From: Eledone cirrhosa
Lineage: Eukaryota
Assembly (NCBI GenBank): GCA_964016885.1
Contig: OZ024741.1
Span: forward strand, 340,132,001-340,196,000
Direction of reading: 5' to 3'
DNA: 64,000 nt
The translations under genes and the position numbers were made by a program. Positions 63,741 to 64,000 of the stretch are shown piece by piece; the stretch's first letter is position 1; the number at the start of each line of letters is the position of its first letter. A model generated the notes under the pieces. The model ran no database searches. It saw nothing but the letters and a program-made list of their open reading frames with translations, and had not been told where the DNA came from.

Positions 63741-64000
63741 CCAGTTTCCAGTTTGTGTTGTCTTGTTTAATTGTATTCTAATTGTTGTTACAGCTATCAA
63801 AATCATGGCTACTAATTCCCAACAGAAAATTATCAAAGAATTTACACTACAATTGTTGCTGCTATTACAAATAGTTCAGAACTTGGCAGGAGGTGCGTAA
63901 TAAATTTTACTTAATTTAACCTTATATACATATTTGTAATTGATACATATCTGTCAGGTTTTCATGAACAAAAAGGAAAGGAAATAAGCTGATAATCAAA

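Overview
Eukaryotic, AT-rich, gene-free window made almost entirely of microsatellites ((TA)n, (CA)n, (CATA)n, (ATT)n) and transposable elements. The repeat landscape and the tRNA-derived SINE suggest an octopod cephalopod (inference). No host protein-coding exon is supportable. Long elements: a disrupted R4/Dong-clade LINE (15.9-19.2 kb), an RTE LINE with three C-terminal C2H2 fingers (24.4-27.7 kb), a near-intact Tx1/L1 ORF2 with a 17-bp TSD (27.8-31.5 kb), a decayed RTE on the minus strand (51.7-55.2 kb), Penelope-like (GIY-YIG) fragments, CRE-clade endonuclease fragments, Helitron-like and hAT non-autonomous elements, and many SINE copies. The main signal the ORF track misses is about 27 type-I hammerhead ribozyme (HHR) motifs, folded by eye, from many unrelated short non-coding families inserted in (TA)n tracts. 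Several are ~430-520 bp non-coding monomers arranged as a partial tandem plus a fold-back inversion, resembling retrozymes or non-autonomous Penelope derivatives. Two related families carry non-canonical HHRs (CAGCUGA core; GUG cleavage triplet) with intact or covarying stems. All assignments are manual; no database searches were run.
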